Source: Halieaceae bacterium (GTDB taxonomy: Bacteria > Pseudomonadota > Gammaproteobacteria > Pseudomonadales > Halieaceae). From it: DNA of 42,386 nucleotides. The notes beneath the pieces are model-generated. The model had not been told where the DNA came from. It was given only the letters and a program-made list of their open reading frames with translations, and did not search any database. Shown piece by piece: positions 41,594 through 42,386 of the stretch (position 1 is its first letter; every line of letters starts with the position of its first letter). A program made the translations under genes and the position numbers. The stretch is taken from contig WTJR01000115.1 in the NCBI GenBank assembly GCA_011524755.1, positions 1 through 42,386 on the forward strand. Reading direction: 5' to 3'.

Positions 41594-41983
41594 TTAGCGC
41601 GCAGCGTTCAGCTCAGCCTCTGTGGGCCATGAATCCTCTTCGCCGACCTTAATCAATCGGTCGTTCAGAAAGAAGAACCAGGTAACGACCCGCTCGGTAC
41701 CGGTAAAGTCGTTACGCCGCTCCGCTCCAGTTGCCGCAAAAGAGTAGTACGCGTAGGCCACCTCATAGGCGACCAATGTTCCGAAGTCGCCTTTAATAGC
41801 TCCTCGCGAAATACGCTGCGGAAATAGGCTTTGAAACTCATCAAATGACATGCCGAGCGTCAATTGCTTTATCTGTCGCTCGTACACCTCGCGCTCAAGG
41901 TCAAACTCGTTGACCGCACACGATGACACGAGGCCCAAGCTGACGATGACGAATACAAAAAGACCTTTTCCGAACCGTTTCAT
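41594..41983 (-). CDS. Hypothetical lipoprotein (possibly DUF3192/SmpA-OmlA-like)
   Basis: MKR, hydrophobic stretch and VSSC lipobox; 'IKQLTLGMS' and 'FFFLNDRL..VG' patterns. Confidence 0.6.
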   Translation of the reverse strand: MKRFGKGLFVFVIVSLGLVSSCAVNEFDLEREVYERQIKQLTLGMSFDEFQSLFPQRISRGAIKGDFGTLVAYEVAYAYYSFAATGAERRNDFTGTERVVTWFFFLNDRLIKVGEEDSWPTEAELNAAR

Positions 41984-42113
41984 TATTACCTGCTTATAGG
42001 TTGCTTAAAGACACTGCGGCGAACGCTATCATTATGTGACATCGATACGAAAGGGAAATTGAGAGAAAGTGGAATGCAAGTAAAGTCCGTCCACACTCTT
42101 TCAGTTTTCGCCG

Positions 42114-42130
42114 TGGTACACTCGCCGCCC
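42114..42130 (+). promoter_or_regulatory. Putative extended -10 promoter of the tRNA with GC-rich discriminator
   Basis: TGG-TACACT (42114-42122) followed by CGCCGCCC, about 28 nt upstream of the tRNA. Confidence 0.55.
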
Positions 42131-42150
42131 GCAAATCGCTTGCGTTTTTA

Positions 42151-42227
42151 GGGCCCATAGCTCAGTTGGTTAGAGCAGTCGACTCATAATCGATTGGTCG
42201 TAGGTTCAAGTCCTACTGGGCCCACCA
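42151..42227 (+). tRNA. tRNA-Ile2 (anticodon CAT, lysidine type; automatic tools may call it tRNA-Met)
   Basis: Acceptor stem GGGCCCA/TGGGCCC + ACCA; D arm GCTCAGTTGGTTAGAGC; anticodon loop CT-CAT-AA (42185-87); T arm GTAGG-TTCAAGT-CCTAC. Resembles ileX-type tRNAs, which commonly follow rpoD. Confidence 0.93.
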
Positions 42228-42386
42228 CTTCACTTCGTTCGTGATGGACCGCATCGGACTATTCCAGCCCTCGCGAGACGCTCGGGCGTTCGCCCGGCGA
42301 CGAGCGATGCTCGCCGAAACCCCGGCCTCACCCTACTGGGCCCACCACTTCACTTCGTTCGTGATGGACCGCATCGGACTATTCCA
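42212..42386 (+). repeat. tRNA-linked tandem repeat, 120-bp period, truncated by window end
   Basis: 42212-42266 is identical to 42332-42386 (55 nt). Each copy begins with the last 16 nt of the tRNA (CCTACTGGGCCCACCA). Confidence 0.9.

Noticed and set aside
42032-42053. Second CRP site (TGTGA-catcga-TACGA)
   Set aside because: Only one half-site matches, which is too weak to call.
42212-42386. CRISPR array
   Set aside because: The repeat is at least 55 nt, derives from the tRNA tail, shows no unique-spacer series, and no cas genes are present.

Overview
This is a housekeeping-rich chromosomal segment from a gammaproteobacterium. Gene order is Pseudomonadales/Cellvibrionales-like, and a bciB-type gene suggests an aerobic anoxygenic phototroph such as the OM60/NOR5 Halieaceae (inference). 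Core blocks, in order: dsbD-PCuAC-DUF2333; aroQ-accB-accC-prmA (-); dusB-fis-purH-purD-coq7; osmC / crp; rpe-trpE-trpG-trpD-trpC (-); amgK-murU (-); lptD-surA-pdxA; rsmA-apaH-cca; tsaD-folB (-); rpsU-yqeY-dnaG-rpoD; tRNA-Ile2(CAT). Four things depart from the routine. (1) crp/vfr has a single in-frame TAG at codon 95 but is otherwise intact and keeps a CRP box in its leader. (2) An AT-rich patatin + H-NS pair interrupts pdxA-rsmA. (3) About 7.8 kb of accessory DNA lies between rpoD and the tRNA. It holds a Coq4-like gene and an uncharacterised periplasmic multi-heme operon (c4-type diheme cytochrome, MauG/CcP-family diheme enzyme, beta-helix/cytochrome c fusion) coupled to a BciB-like 8-vinyl reductase. 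(4) A 120-bp-period tandem repeat starts at the tRNA 3' end and runs off the window. All family calls come from motif recognition by eye; no database search was run.
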